From an uncultured Actinomycetes bacterium (GTDB taxonomy: Bacteria > Actinomycetota > Thermoleophilia > Gaiellales > JAICJC01), in the NCBI GenBank assembly GCA_963757605.1, contig CAVWSF010000002.1, positions 214,317 to 278,316 on the forward strand: 64,000 bases of DNA, written 5' to 3'. The position numbers and the translations under genes are program-made. Below the pieces are notes generated by a model, which was not told the DNA's origin, ran no database searches, and saw nothing but the letters and a program-made list of their open reading frames with translations. Shown here one piece after another: positions 43,277 through 52,940 of the stretch. The first letter of the stretch is position 1. The number at the start of each line of letters is the position of its first letter.

Positions 43277-44045
43277 GCGCCAGTCTCCCAGAGGCTCGAC
43301 CGTGTCGCCGACGGCGACGCGCCCGGGCTCCAGGACGTCGGCGTAGAGACCGCAGTAGACCTGGCCGTCGTCGGCGCGGCGGTAGGACGCGAGCCAGTGC
43401 AGCGTGTCGGCGTCCCGCCTCCCGGTGTCCGGGTCGCGCGTGGTGAGCGAACAGCGTGGGTCGAGCCGGATCACCGACAGCAGGACGGTGCCCGCCTGGA
43501 CATCGCGGCCTACCCAGTCGTCCTCCTCGTGTGCGGCGAGGCCGTCGAGCAGGAGCGTCGGCCGGAACCGCCGCGGGTCGAAGCTGTCGCGGCCTCCGCG
43601 CCGCCCGACCTCGGCGGCCGACGCTTCCGACAGCAACGAGACCGGGTGCGAGTCAAGGGCGCGGATCCCGTCGGGGAGCTCGAGGATCGTGAGCGGTCGC
43701 CCGACGGCCTCTGACACCGCCTCCGACCAGGGCCCGTCGAGGGTGCGGCCCTCGATCTCGCGGCCCCAGAGCTGGGTCGACACCGGCCGGCCGCCGTTCA
43801 CGGTGGCCGCCACCTCCCTTCCGTCGGGCATGACGAGCGCGAGCTCGCCCGTCCGTCGGGTCGAAGCCGCTCTGGATCTGCGCGAACGCCCCGATCTCGC
43901 GCTGGGTGGCCACGCGGCCGGTCGGATCGAGCAGGGCAAAACGGCGGTCGCCGGGGATGCCGTCGTGCTCGATCCGGGCCTCCGGAACGGCCGTCAGGCG
44001 CAGCGACTTCACGGCTGAGACGTGGATGGCGCGCACCGTGGCCAT
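43273..44045 (-). CDS. MOSC domain protein (frameshift ~43855; 3' end runs in frame into the ADH)
   Basis: VKSLR, GDRRFAL / RRFRPTLL, EEDDWVG, PRC..TT.DPDTG. Confidence 0.85.
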
Positions 44046-44088
44046 GACGCGGAGTAGGTTACTCGTCGCCGACCGACAAGGAGATCCG

Positions 44089-44619
44089 ATGTCCGACAAC
44101 CGCTTCGTGAAGGCGCTGAACGAGCAGATCGCCTACGAGTTCGGGGCCTCGCAGCAGTACGCGGCGGTGGCTGTCCACTACGACGCCGAGACCCTCCCGC
44201 GCCTCGCCGCGCACTTCTATCGCCAGTCGCTCGAGGAGCGAAACCACGCGATGATGATGGTCCAGTACCTGCTCGACGCGGGCGAGGACGTGCTCGTTCC
44301 CGGCGTCGAGGCCCCGCGCACGAGCTTCGGCGACACGGTCGAGCCGGTCGCCCTGGCGCTCGAGCAGGAGCGGCGCGTCACCGACCAGATCAACGCCCTC
44401 GCAGCGCTCGCGCGCGAGCATGGCGACTACGCCGGCGAGCAGTTCATGCTCTGGTTCATCAAGGAGCAGGTCGAGGAGGTCTCGTCGATGTCCGACCTGC
44501 TCAAAGTGGTCGAGCGGGCGAAGGACAACCCGCTCCTGGCCGAGGAGTACCTGGCCCGCGAGGGCGGCGCCGAGGCGGCCGATCCCACCGCGCCGCACGC
44601 CGCGGGCGGCGCGCTCTAG
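44089..44619 (+). CDS. Non-haem ferritin
   Basis: LNEQI..EF.ASQQY, EERNHAM, LEQE..VT.QIN, FM.WFIKEQVEE. Confidence 0.93.
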   Translation: MSDNRFVKALNEQIAYEFGASQQYAAVAVHYDAETLPRLAAHFYRQSLEERNHAMMMVQYLLDAGEDVLVPGVEAPRTSFGDTVEPVALALEQERRVTDQINALAALAREHGDYAGEQFMLWFIKEQVEEVSSMSDLLKVVERAKDNPLLAEEYLAREGGAEAADPTAPHAAGGAL

Positions 44620-44630
44620 CAGGGCGTCGA

Positions 44631-44675
44631 TGTAAAGCGAGCTTGACATCCGAGTGGTGTCAAGCTAGCTTTACA
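44631..44675 (+). promoter_or_regulatory. Consensus housekeeping-sigma leaderless promoter overlapped by twin operators
   Basis: TTGACA-N17-TAGCTT-N6-ATG; TGTAAAGCGAGCTTGACA and TGTCAAGCTAGCTTTACA form a 17/18 inverted repeat. Confidence 0.8.
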
Positions 44676-44677
44676 GC

Positions 44678-44875
44678 ATGCGAAATCGGATCCGCGAGCT
44701 CCGTGCCAATGCGGGCCTCTCCCAGGGACAGCTCGCCGAGGCCATGGGCGTCTCGCGGCAGACCATCAACGCCATCGAGACCGAGCGGTACACACCGTCG
44801 CTGCCGCTTGCCATCTCGCTCGCGCGCCACTTCTCCCACTCCGTCGAGGAGGTCTTCGATGCAGACGCTTCGTGA
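44678..44875 (+). CDS. Small XRE/Cro-C1 HTH regulator
   Basis: MRNRIRELR...SQGQLA..GVSRQTINAIET.RY.PSL. Confidence 0.92.
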   Translation: MRNRIRELRANAGLSQGQLAEAMGVSRQTINAIETERYTPSLPLAISLARHFSHSVEEVFDADAS

Positions 44876-45260
44876 CACCTATCGCCGTTCCCGCTGGTTC
44901 ATGCCGACCTTCGCCCTGGCCCTCGGGGTCGTGTTCTTCGTCGCCCAGTGGATCGGCGACGACCCGTCGGGCGGCCTCGTCTCGCTCGCGATCATGGCGG
45001 CGTTCGCGGCCGTGCTCGTCGTGCTCGAGAGCCGAAGCGGCGCCGTTGCCATCCTGCGCCGCCCGGCTCGCGACGAGCGGGCGCGCAGCATCGACCTGGC
45101 GGCCACCGCGTTCTCCGGCATCGTGCTCATCACGGTCGTCATCGCAGCCGTGATGGTGCAGCTCGCCCGCGGTCAGGACCCGAGCCCGTACACCCAGCTC
45201 GGGGCGGTGGCCGGGATCGCCTACCTCGTGGCGCTCGTCGCCATGCAGCGTCGCGGGTAG
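44859..45260 (+). CDS. Four-TM membrane protein co-transcribed with the XRE regulator
   Basis: RDERARSID motif between TM pairs, as in XRE-associated membrane proteins. Confidence 0.75.
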   Translation: MQTLRDTYRRSRWFMPTFALALGVVFFVAQWIGDDPSGGLVSLAIMAAFAAVLVVLESRSGAVAILRRPARDERARSIDLAATAFSGIVLITVVIAAVMVQLARGQDPSPYTQLGAVAGIAYLVALVAMQRRG

Positions 45261-45263
45261 GCG

Positions 45264-45293
45264 TGAAAATTGGGGTCTGACCCCGTTTTTTCA
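45264..45293. repeat. Second copy of the GGGGTCWGACCCC palindrome / bidirectional terminator
   Basis: TGAAAATTGGGGTCTGACCCCGTTTTTTCA between convergent genes. Confidence 0.72.
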
Positions 45294-45295
45294 GG

Positions 45296-46243
45296 CTAGA
45301 GCTCGATCGCCTCGAGCGCGGCGCCGCGGCCGGGCAGGTCGCGCCCGAACGAGTCGGGGTTCGTGCCGAGCGCCTCGGCGCACTCAAGCGCGATCCGCTG
45401 CACGGCGGCGGTGAGCGGGAAGATCGAGAGCAGCTCCGACGGGTAGGTCGCGGCGATTGTGTGCACCCGGGCTCCGAACGCCTCGGCCAGCTGCGCCACC
45501 TCGAGGAGCCGCCCCTCGCCCGGCCCGCCGCCGTTCAGCGCGACGAGCGCGTCGCCCTCGCGCAGCGCCACCGACGGCCCGTGCAGGAGCTGCTCGGCCG
45601 AGAGGCCCTCGGTCGCCACGTAACAGGTCTCGCGCACCTTGAGCGCGCCCTCGGCAGCCGTCCACTGGTTCGGCCCTGCGCCGACGAACTCGAGCAGGCG
45701 CTTCGGCGGCTCGATACCAGGGTCGGGCGCATCGAGCACTGCTTCGACGACGTCCGGCACCTGATCGAGGCGGCCGAGGTCGGCGCCGAGGGCGACCGCG
45801 ATCTGGCCCACGCGCATCAGGGCGCCGAGGTGGCTCGCCGTGAAGGCGGCCGACGCCTCGGGCTGGCTCGTCTCGATGTCGGTGCCCGGCGCTCCGCGGC
45901 CCGAGATGACGACCGTCTCGGTGCCCTCCGCCCGGGTCCGCTGGAGGACCGTGTTGGTGTAGCGCTTGGTGCCGCGGTGGCTGAGGAGTATGAGCGCGTC
46001 GCTGCCTCCAGGTCGCGGCCCGTGATCGGCTGCGTCGACGGCCTGGACGGCCCACGCCTCGGCGCCGGCTGCCCGAAGGAACCACGCGCCCTGGTTGGCG
46101 GCGTGCCAGCTCGTCCCCGTGCCGACGAGCAGCACCCGCCGGCCGGCCAGCCGCTTCGCCGCTTCCTCCGCGGGCCCTCCGTCGGCCAGAAGCTCGCGCA
46201 GCAGCGCGGGCTGCGTCGCCATCGTCTCGCGCATGGCGCTCAT
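45296..46243 (-). CDS. Double-SIS-domain sugar-phosphate isomerase/deaminase (GlmS C-terminus-like)
   Basis: [26 protein letters not shown]; no glutaminase domain. Confidence 0.82.
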   Translation of the reverse strand: MSAMRETMATQPALLRELLADGGPAEEAAKRLAGRRVLLVGTGTSWHAANQGAWFLRAAGAEAWAVQAVDAADHGPRPGGSDALILLSHRGTKRYTNTVLQRTRAEGTETVVISGRGAPGTDIETSQPEASAAFTASHLGALMRVGQIAVALGADLGRLDQVPDVVEAVLDAPDPGIEPPKRLLEFVGAGPNQWTAAEGALKVRETCYVATEGLSAEQLLHGPSVALREGDALVALNGGGPGEGRLLEVAQLAEAFGARVHTIAATYPSELLSIFPLTAAVQRIALECAEALGTNPDSFGRDLPGRGAALEAIEL

Positions 46244-46299
46244 CGCTCAACCCTACCCGGGTGGCGCCCACGTCCCCGCCGGACCAGAATGCCCACCAC

Positions 46300-47919
46300 A
46301 TGCAGCCTCTGCGGCAGACCCCGGCCTGGGCGGCGCTCGAGGAGCACGCGGCGGCGATCCGCGACGTGCACATGCGCGACCTCTTCGCGGGCGATCCGGC
46401 CCGCGGCGAGCGGATGACGGTCGAGGCCGCCGGCCTCTACCTCGACTACTCCAAGCACCGCGCGACCGACGAGACGATCGCGCTCCTGCTCCGTCTGGCA
46501 GAGGAGCGCGGCCTCGCGTCCCGCATCGATGCGATGTTCTCGGGCGAGCGGATCAACGAGACCGAGGGCCGGGCCGTCCTGCACGTGGCGCTGCGCGCGC
46601 CCCGCTCGGCCTCGATCGTCGTCGACGGCGAGGACGTCGTCCCGCACGTCCACGAGGTGCTCGACCGCATGGCCGCGTTCGCGGAGCGCATCCGCTCGGG
46701 TGACTGGACCGGCCACACCGGCCGGCCGATCACGAACATCGTGAACATCGGCATCGGCGGCTCCGACCTCGGCCCGGTGATGGCCTACGAGGCGCTTCGC
46801 CACTACAGCCGCCGCGATCTCACGTTCCGGTTCGTCTCGAACGTCGACAGCACCGACTTCGCCGAAGCGACCCGCGACCTCGATCCCGCCGAGACGCTCT
46901 TCATCGTCTCGTCGAAGACCTTCACGACGCTCGAGACGATGCGAAACGCGACCACCGCGCGCGAGTGGACGCTGGCGGCGCTGGGTGACGAGGCGGCCGT
47001 CGCCCGCCACTTCGTCGCCGTCTCCACGAACGCCGAGGCCGTCTCCGAGTTCGGGATCGACACCGCGAACATGTTCGGCTTCTGGGACTGGGTCGGCGGC
47101 CGCTACTCGATGGACTCCGCCATCGGCCTCTCGACGATGATCGCCGTCGGGCCGGACGGGTTCCGGCGGATGCTGGCCGGGTTCCACGCGATGGACGAGC
47201 ACTTCCGCACCGCGCCGTTCGAGCGGAACCTGCCGGTCCTGATGGGCCTCCTCGCCCTCTGGTATGTCGACTTCTTCGGCGTCGCCTCGATCGCGGTCCT
47301 GCCGTACGACCAATATCTGAAACGCTTCCCGGCCTACCTCCAGCAGCTCACGATGGAGTCGAACGGCAAGTCGGTGACGCTCGCCGGCGAACGGGTCGGC
47401 CACGCCACGGGGCCGGTCTACTGGGGCGAGCCGGGGACGAACGGCCAGCACAGCTTCTACCAGCTGATCCACCAGGGGACGGTGCTCGTGCCGTGCGACT
47501 TCATCGCATTCGCGCGGGCGCTCAACCCGATCGCCGACCACCACGACCTGCTCGTCGCCAACGTGTTCGCCCAGACCGAGGCGCTCGCGTTCGGGCGCAC
47601 GCCCGAGCAGGTGCGCGCCGACGGCGTCCCCGAGGCGCTCGTCCCGCACAAGACGTTCGAGGGCAACCGCCCGACCACCACGATTCTCGCCGAGGAGCTC
47701 ACGCCCGAGATCCTGGGCGCGCTGATCGCGCTCTACGAGCACAGCGTGTTCACCCAGGGCGCGATCTGGGGCATCGACTCCTTCGACCAGTGGGGCGTCG
47801 AGCTCGGGAAGGTGCTCGCCAAGGCGATCGGGGCCGAGCTCGAGAGCGGCCCGGAGCCGGACCTCCGCCACGACTCGTCCACGAACACGCTCATCCGGCG
47901 CTACCGCCGGCTCAAGTGA
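46300..47919 (+). CDS. pgi: Glucose-6-phosphate isomerase
   Basis: [43 protein letters not shown]. Confidence 0.97.
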   Translation: MQPLRQTPAWAALEEHAAAIRDVHMRDLFAGDPARGERMTVEAAGLYLDYSKHRATDETIALLLRLAEERGLASRIDAMFSGERINETEGRAVLHVALRAPRSASIVVDGEDVVPHVHEVLDRMAAFAERIRSGDWTGHTGRPITNIVNIGIGGSDLGPVMAYEALRHYSRRDLTFRFVSNVDSTDFAEATRDLDPAETLFIVSSKTFTTLETMRNATTAREWTLAALGDEAAVARHFVAVSTNAEAVSEFGIDTANMFGFWDWVGGRYSMDSAIGLSTMIAVGPDGFRRMLAGFHAMDEHFRTAPFERNLPVLMGLLALWYVDFFGVASIAVLPYDQYLKRFPAYLQQLTMESNGKSVTLAGERVGHATGPVYWGEPGTNGQHSFYQLIHQGTVLVPCDFIAFARALNPIADHHDLLVANVFAQTEALAFGRTPEQVRADGVPEALVPHKTFEGNRPTTTILAEELTPEILGALIALYEHSVFTQGAIWGIDSFDQWGVELGKVLAKAIGAELESGPEPDLRHDSSTNTLIRRYRRLK

Positions 47920-47930
47920 AAGGACACGCG

Positions 47931-48950
47931 ATGCAGCTCGGCATGGTTGGACTGGGGCGCATGGGCGCCAACCTGACGCGCAGGCTGATGCGCGACGGGC
48001 ACGAGGTGGTCGTCTCGGACGTGAGCCCGGAGGCGGTCGCGCAGCTCGAGTCGGAGGGGGCGGTCGCGTCGGCGTCGGTCGAGGACATGGTGTCCAAGCT
48101 GGCCCCGCCGCGGGCGGCGTGGGTGATGGTGCCGGCCGGGATCACGGGCGCGGTCGTCGACCAGGTCGCCGCGACCATGGAGTCCGGCGACATCGTGATC
48201 GACGGCGGCAACTCCTACTACCGCGACGACATCCACAAGGCGGCCGAGCTCAGCGAGCGCGGCATCCATTACGTCGACGTCGGCACGTCGGGCGGCGTCT
48301 TCGGCCTCGAGCGCGGCTTCTGCCTCATGATCGGCGGCGAGGACGAGGTCGTCACGCGCCTCGACCCGATCTTCGCGTCGCTCGCGCCCGGTGTCGACGC
48401 CGCCCCGCGCACTCCGGGCCGCGAGCGGGCCGACGGCTCCACGTCCGAGCAGGGCTACCTGCACTGCGGCCCGAACGGCGCCGGCCACTTCGTGAAGATG
48501 GTCCACAACGGGATCGAGTACGGGATCATGGCCGCCTACGCCGAGGGGATCGACATCCTCCGGAACGCCGACGTCGGCGCCCGCCAGGCCGAGCACGACG
48601 CCGAGACGGCTCCGCTGGCGACGCCGGAGTACTACCAGTACACGATCGACACGGCCGAGGTCGCCGAGGTGTGGCGGCGCGGCTCGGTGGTCGGGTCGTG
48701 GCTCCTCGACCTGACGGCGACCGCGCTCCTGGAGGATCCCGACCTGGCGAGCTTCTCGGGGCGGGTCTCCGATTCGGGCGAGGGCCGCTGGACGGCCCTG
48801 GCCGCGGTCGAGGAGGGCGTGCCCGCCTACGTGCTCACCGCCTCGCTCTTCGAGCGCTTCAGCTCGCGCAACGAGGGCGAGTTCGCCAACAAGCTCCTGT
48901 CGGCGATGCGAAAGCAGTTCGGCGGGCACGCCGAGAAGACCACCGCCTAA
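47931..48950 (+). CDS. gnd: 6-phosphogluconate dehydrogenase (decarboxylating, short form)
   Basis: [43 protein letters not shown]. Confidence 0.95.
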   Translation: MQLGMVGLGRMGANLTRRLMRDGHEVVVSDVSPEAVAQLESEGAVASASVEDMVSKLAPPRAAWVMVPAGITGAVVDQVAATMESGDIVIDGGNSYYRDDIHKAAELSERGIHYVDVGTSGGVFGLERGFCLMIGGEDEVVTRLDPIFASLAPGVDAAPRTPGRERADGSTSEQGYLHCGPNGAGHFVKMVHNGIEYGIMAAYAEGIDILRNADVGARQAEHDAETAPLATPEYYQYTIDTAEVAEVWRRGSVVGSWLLDLTATALLEDPDLASFSGRVSDSGEGRWTALAAVEEGVPAYVLTASLFERFSSRNEGEFANKLLSAMRKQFGGHAEKTTA

Positions 48951-49012
48951 CTCAGGTCGGTCGAAGAGTGCGCCCGGAGGCGTACGCGGTTGGTGTCCGA
49001 GTCCTTGAATAG

Positions 49013-49048
49013 ACTCTGGTTCGGAGTTTGCATACTCTGAATCGGAGT
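49013..49048 (+). promoter_or_regulatory. Tandem palindromic operators upstream of the PadR gene
   Basis: ACTCTGGTTCGGAGT and ACTCTGAATCGGAGT, 21 bp apart, ending 1 nt before the ATG. Confidence 0.7.
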
Positions 49049-49049
49049 T

Positions 49050-49691
49050 ATGGCGGCCGCTGATCTCACCCCGTTCTCCTATGCCGTGCTCACGCTGGTG
49101 GGCCGCGACGGCGCAGGACCGCACGATCTCGTACGGATGGCCCGCCAGGGGCGGGTGTACTGGACGGCGGCCGACAGCCAGTGGTACGCGGAGCCCAAGC
49201 GACTCGCGAAGCTCGGCTTCCTCCGCGCCGAGAAGCGGCCGGGGCGCACCCGCGAGCGCACGCACTACACGCTGACCGAGACCGGCCGGGCCGCGCTCCT
49301 GGAGTGGGCGGCCGAGCCCGCCCGGTTCCCGCGCATCCAGCACGAGGCGGTCACCCGGCTGCTCCTGGGCGACATGGTGCCCGACGCCGTCCTCGTCGCC
49401 GGGCTCCAGAGCATGCGCACTGAGATCGCCGAGATCGCCGCGCGGCTCGGCGCCGCCGACGCGGCCGCAGCGGAGGTGCCGCACAGGACGCGCTACCTGC
49501 GTCTGAACCATGCGCTCGCCCGGCGCATCCTCGCCGCCCACTCGACCTGGATCGACCAGGTGGAACGGGAGCTCGGCGATCCGGCCCAGCCCGCGCCTCT
49601 GCCGCCTCCACCGACCGAGACCGAGCCCGCGCCGGAGCCACGGCCGGCTGCGCCCGCCCGCCGGGTGTTCCGGGCCCGGTTCGTGGACTGA
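49050..49691 (+). CDS. PadR family regulator
   Basis: SQWYAEPKRL...G, RTHYTLTETGRAAL..W; C-terminal helical domain, Pro-rich tail. Confidence 0.85.
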   Translation: MAAADLTPFSYAVLTLVGRDGAGPHDLVRMARQGRVYWTAADSQWYAEPKRLAKLGFLRAEKRPGRTRERTHYTLTETGRAALLEWAAEPARFPRIQHEAVTRLLLGDMVPDAVLVAGLQSMRTEIAEIAARLGAADAAAAEVPHRTRYLRLNHALARRILAAHSTWIDQVERELGDPAQPAPLPPPPTETEPAPEPRPAAPARRVFRARFVD

Positions 49692-49694
49692 CGC

Positions 49695-50132
49695 CTACGC
49701 CCTCGCCAGGATGGCCACCCCGGCGGCGAGCAGGCCGATCCCGCCGGCATGGGCGGCGGTCAGCGGTCGTACCTGCACGCCCAGGAGGCCGTAGTGGTCG
49801 ACGACCGCGGCCATGCCGAGCTGGCCGACGATGATCGCGGCCGTCTGGAGGGTGACGCCGAGCGGGCGCACGGTGAGGACGGCGACGGTCACGAACCCGG
49901 CCCCCGCGAGCCCGCCCAGGTAGTGCCAGCGCACCGGGTCGCCCGACAGCCCGCCCAGGCCGCCGCCGATCACGAGCGCCACGGCCGCGACGGCGAGCCC
50001 GCCCACCAGGAAGTTCACGACGACGGCCCGGAGGTCCCCGATCGAGCGCCCCAGCGCGGCGTTGGTCGGGCTCTGGGTTGCGATCACGGCTCCGGCGAGC
50101 GTGGCGGCGACGAGTGCGAAGATGCGGTCCAT
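49695..50132 (-). CDS. DMT family transporter (YdcZ/DUF606-like)
   Basis: QSPTNAALG, NFLVG, W.YLGG..GA, GQL....VDHYG. Confidence 0.85.
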   Translation of the reverse strand: MDRIFALVAATLAGAVIATQSPTNAALGRSIGDLRAVVVNFLVGGLAVAAVALVIGGGLGGLSGDPVRWHYLGGLAGAGFVTVAVLTVRPLGVTLQTAAIIVGQLGMAAVVDHYGLLGVQVRPLTAAHAGGIGLLAAGVAILARA

Positions 50133-50328
50133 GCGGTCACTCCTGGGGCGGTCGGGTATCCAAGCTAGCAGCCTGACCGGCGCCCCGGCCTCGGCAGCCG
50201 GCGTTTTGGCTGAGCGCTAAGTCGCCCACCTCATGCTGGAAAACCCGGTAGTGAATTTGCGTGGATCCCCCGATGGCGTACGACCGTGCTTCACCTAGGG
50301 TTGCGGCGAGGGTATCCAAGGAGGGATC

Positions 50329-50778
50329 ATGAAACTTCTAGTCGCCTTCGACGGGCGAGCGCATAGCGTCTTTGCGCTCGATAAGGCAATTGAGGTCGCC
50401 ACCAAGGCCGAGGAAGCGCACGTCACGGTCTTCAGCGTCGTTCAGCCCGACGCCAGGGGAACGAAGTCGGGCGGGCACATGGGGACGCCGCCACACGCGG
50501 ACGAGGACCTCGAGTATGCCCGTGGTTACCTCGCGAATCATGAGATCGAGGCCGTGACCAAAGCTGGCCAGGGCGATCCTGCGGACGAGATTCTCGAAGA
50601 GGCTCGGACCGGCGGCTGCGATCTGATCATCATCGGGACACGTGAGCTGGGGCCGATCGTCGGTCGCCTGTTGGGTAGCGTCAGCCGTAAGGTCGCTCGC
50701 CACGCTCCGTGTCCCGTCATCGTCGCCGGCAGTAGCGGCGCCGAGCGCGTCGAGCCGACCGTCGAAGCGCACACGTAG
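50329..50778 (+). CDS. Universal stress protein
   Basis: LLVAFDG, GDPADEIL, DLIIIG, LLGSVSRKVARHAPCPVIV. Confidence 0.92.
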   Translation: MKLLVAFDGRAHSVFALDKAIEVATKAEEAHVTVFSVVQPDARGTKSGGHMGTPPHADEDLEYARGYLANHEIEAVTKAGQGDPADEILEEARTGGCDLIIIGTRELGPIVGRLLGSVSRKVARHAPCPVIVAGSSGAERVEPTVEAHT

Positions 50779-50800
50779 AGCGAGCGCTGGGAGGAGCAAG

Positions 50801-50830
50801 CCCGCCCCGACCGCACGCTGTCGGGGCGGG
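50801..50830 (+). terminator. GC-rich hairpin after the USP gene
   Basis: CCCGCCCCGAC-N8-GTCGGGGCGGG. Confidence 0.6.
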
Positions 50831-50859
50831 AAGCCGTTCAGGCAACCTGCCGTGCGTCC

Positions 50860-51834
50860 TCATACCGGGCCGCGTCCAGCCTGAGGTGCAGGTTGCCGTC
50901 GTGGGTGTGCCCCACTTGGCGCGTTCCGGGTTGGGAATGAGCCCGGTTCCTCGACCGCGCGCCGGTAGAGCGCCTCGTCGATGTTGCGGCCGGTGACGAT
51001 GAGGACGACCGGGCCGGCGACATCCTCGATCTGCGGAAGGGCGGCGAGCGCCGCCGCGCCCGACGCCTCGACCCGGATCCCGGCGCCCGCCAGCGCCCCG
51101 ACCGCGGTCGCCAGCTCGCGCTCGTCCACCCGCAGCATCCGCTGTGCAGTCCGCGCCAGAACCTCGACCGCGTACGGGATCGCAACCCGCACGGCGAGCC
51201 CGTCGGCGATGGTCGGGTCCGCGTCTCGCTCGACGACCCGCCCTGCCTCCCAGCACTCCGCCATGACCGGCGCGGCCGCGGCCACGACGCCCACGCGCAG
51301 CGTCGCGGGCGAGCCCTCGGCGAGCCGCAGGCCGATCCCGCCCAGGAGCGCGCCGTTTCCGACCGGGACGATCACCGCGCCGGGCGGGCGGTCGAGCTGG
51401 TCGAGCAGCTCGTCGGCGATGGCCGCGTAGCCGCCGTACTGGGCCTCCTCGGCGCCGTCGGCGAAGAACGGCATACCCTCGTCGGCGGCCACGCGCTCGG
51501 CCTCGTCCTTGGCCAGGTCGAAGTCGGCGCCGAAGATCCGGATCTCGCCGCCGTGCCGCTCGATCAGCTCGAGCTTGGCCCGGGCCGAGCCCTCGGGGGC
51601 GTACACGATGGCCCGCATCCCGAGCTGTGCCGCCGCCCAGGCCGACGCCGCGCCGTGGTTCCCTGTCGAGGCCGTGACGACGGCCGTTGCGCCCGCGTCG
51701 CGGAAGGCGCGCATGGCGGGGAGGGCGCCCCGCCACTTGAACGCCCCGAGCTCGTGCTGGTCTTCCCGCTTCAGCCACAGGTCGCGGCCGCCGGCCAGGG
51801 ACGTTGGTGCGCGTTCGAGCGGCGTCGGCGTCAT
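50860..51834 (-). CDS. PLP-dependent threonine/serine dehydratase family enzyme
   Basis: TPL, WLKRED, GAFKWRG, ASTGNHG, PVGNGAL, TIADGL, TGRN. Confidence 0.87.
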   Translation of the reverse strand: MTPTPLERAPTSLAGGRDLWLKREDQHELGAFKWRGALPAMRAFRDAGATAVVTASTGNHGAASAWAAAQLGMRAIVYAPEGSARAKLELIERHGGEIRIFGADFDLAKDEAERVAADEGMPFFADGAEEAQYGGYAAIADELLDQLDRPPGAVIVPVGNGALLGGIGLRLAEGSPATLRVGVVAAAAPVMAECWEAGRVVERDADPTIADGLAVRVAIPYAVEVLARTAQRMLRVDERELATAVGALAGAGIRVEASGAAALAALPQIEDVAGPVVLIVTGRNIDEALYRRAVEEPGSFPTRNAPSGAHPRRQPAPQAGRGPV

Positions 51835-51849
51835 CGTGCGGCAGTCTAA

Positions 51850-52900
51850 GTGCCGACATCGTCGAGGAGCGGCTCGACGACCTGCCCGCGAGCTGGCGCT
51901 CGAGCAGGGCAAGCCGATGCGGACGGAGGCGGCCGAGGAGATCGAGGAGACGCCGGCAACCTGCGCATGGCGGCCGAGGACGTGAAGCGCATGGACACGG
52001 CCGTGATCCCCAGCGAGCGGCGCGGCAATGTGGTGTTCACGTTCCGAAAGCCGAACGGCGCGCTCGCGACGGGCAACTCGGTGATCCTGAAGCCGAGCGA
52101 GCTCACGCCGCTCTCGGGGCGCAGGCTGGTTGAGATCCTCGAGGAGGCGGGCCTTCCGGAGGGGGCGATCGGCATCGTCCACGGAGGCCGCGAGGCGGGC
52201 GAGACGCTCGTGACGCATCCGGGCGTCGACGCGATCGGGTTCGTCGGTCGCACGGTTCGGGCGAGGCGATCGTGCGCGCCGCGGGGATGAAGCGGACGCT
52301 GATCGAGGCGTCCGGCAACGGGCCGCAGATCGTGCTCGCCGATGCGGATCTCGCCGCCGCCGCGGCGGCAGCGGTCGAGGGCGCGGCGTATCTCGCCGGG
52401 CAGGTGTGCGTCGCCACCGAGCGCGTGCTGGTCGAGGAGCGGCCCACGCCGAGTTCGTGGAGCTCGTGCTGGAGCGGGCCGGCGAGGTCGTGCTCGGGCA
52501 CCCGCTCGAGGAGGCGACCACGATGGGCCCGCTCAACAACGAGCCGGTGGCCGCGAGGATGGACCGGCACATGGCCGATGCCGGCGCGCAGGGCGCGCGG
52601 GTGCTCGCGGGCGGGCGCCGGGCCGAGGGCTTCCCCACCGACCTCTACTACGAGATGACGGTGGTCGACGCCGTGACGCCGGAGACGCTCCTCTTCCGCG
52701 AGGAGTCCTTCGGGCCGGTGCTCCCGATCACCACCTTCCGAAGCGACGACGAGGCGATCGCGCTCGCCAACGACTCGCACCTCGGCCTCCAGGCGGCGGT
52801 GTTCACGGCGAGCCTGCGGCGCGCGTTCCGGTTCGTGAACGAGATCCGGGCCGGGAGCGTCCAGGTGAACGAGACGACGGGCTACTGGGAGGGGCGCCCG
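51850..52900 (+). pseudogene. Aldehyde dehydrogenase remnant
   Basis: EQGKP, ALATGN.VILKPSE, GQVCVA, EESFGP in three frames; N-terminus, the PWNFP segment and the C-terminus are missing. Confidence 0.8.
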
Positions 52901-52940
52901 CCGTTACCTGAACACGCCCGGAGGACTACGCGGCGGCGGC

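Noticed and set aside
44089-44619. Ferritin as encapsulin cargo (C-terminal APHAAGGAL)
   Set aside because: No encapsulin gene in the window, and the tail is common in actinobacterial ferritins and does not match the L.IGSL-type targeting peptide well.
49560-49691. Pro-rich PadR tail as a separate repeat element
   Set aside because: Low-complexity coding linker without nucleotide periodicity.
50133-50328. Riboswitch (guanidine, c-di-AMP) upstream of the DMT or USP genes
   Set aside because: Could not match the conserved cores by eye on either strand; an Infernal/Rfam scan would be decisive.
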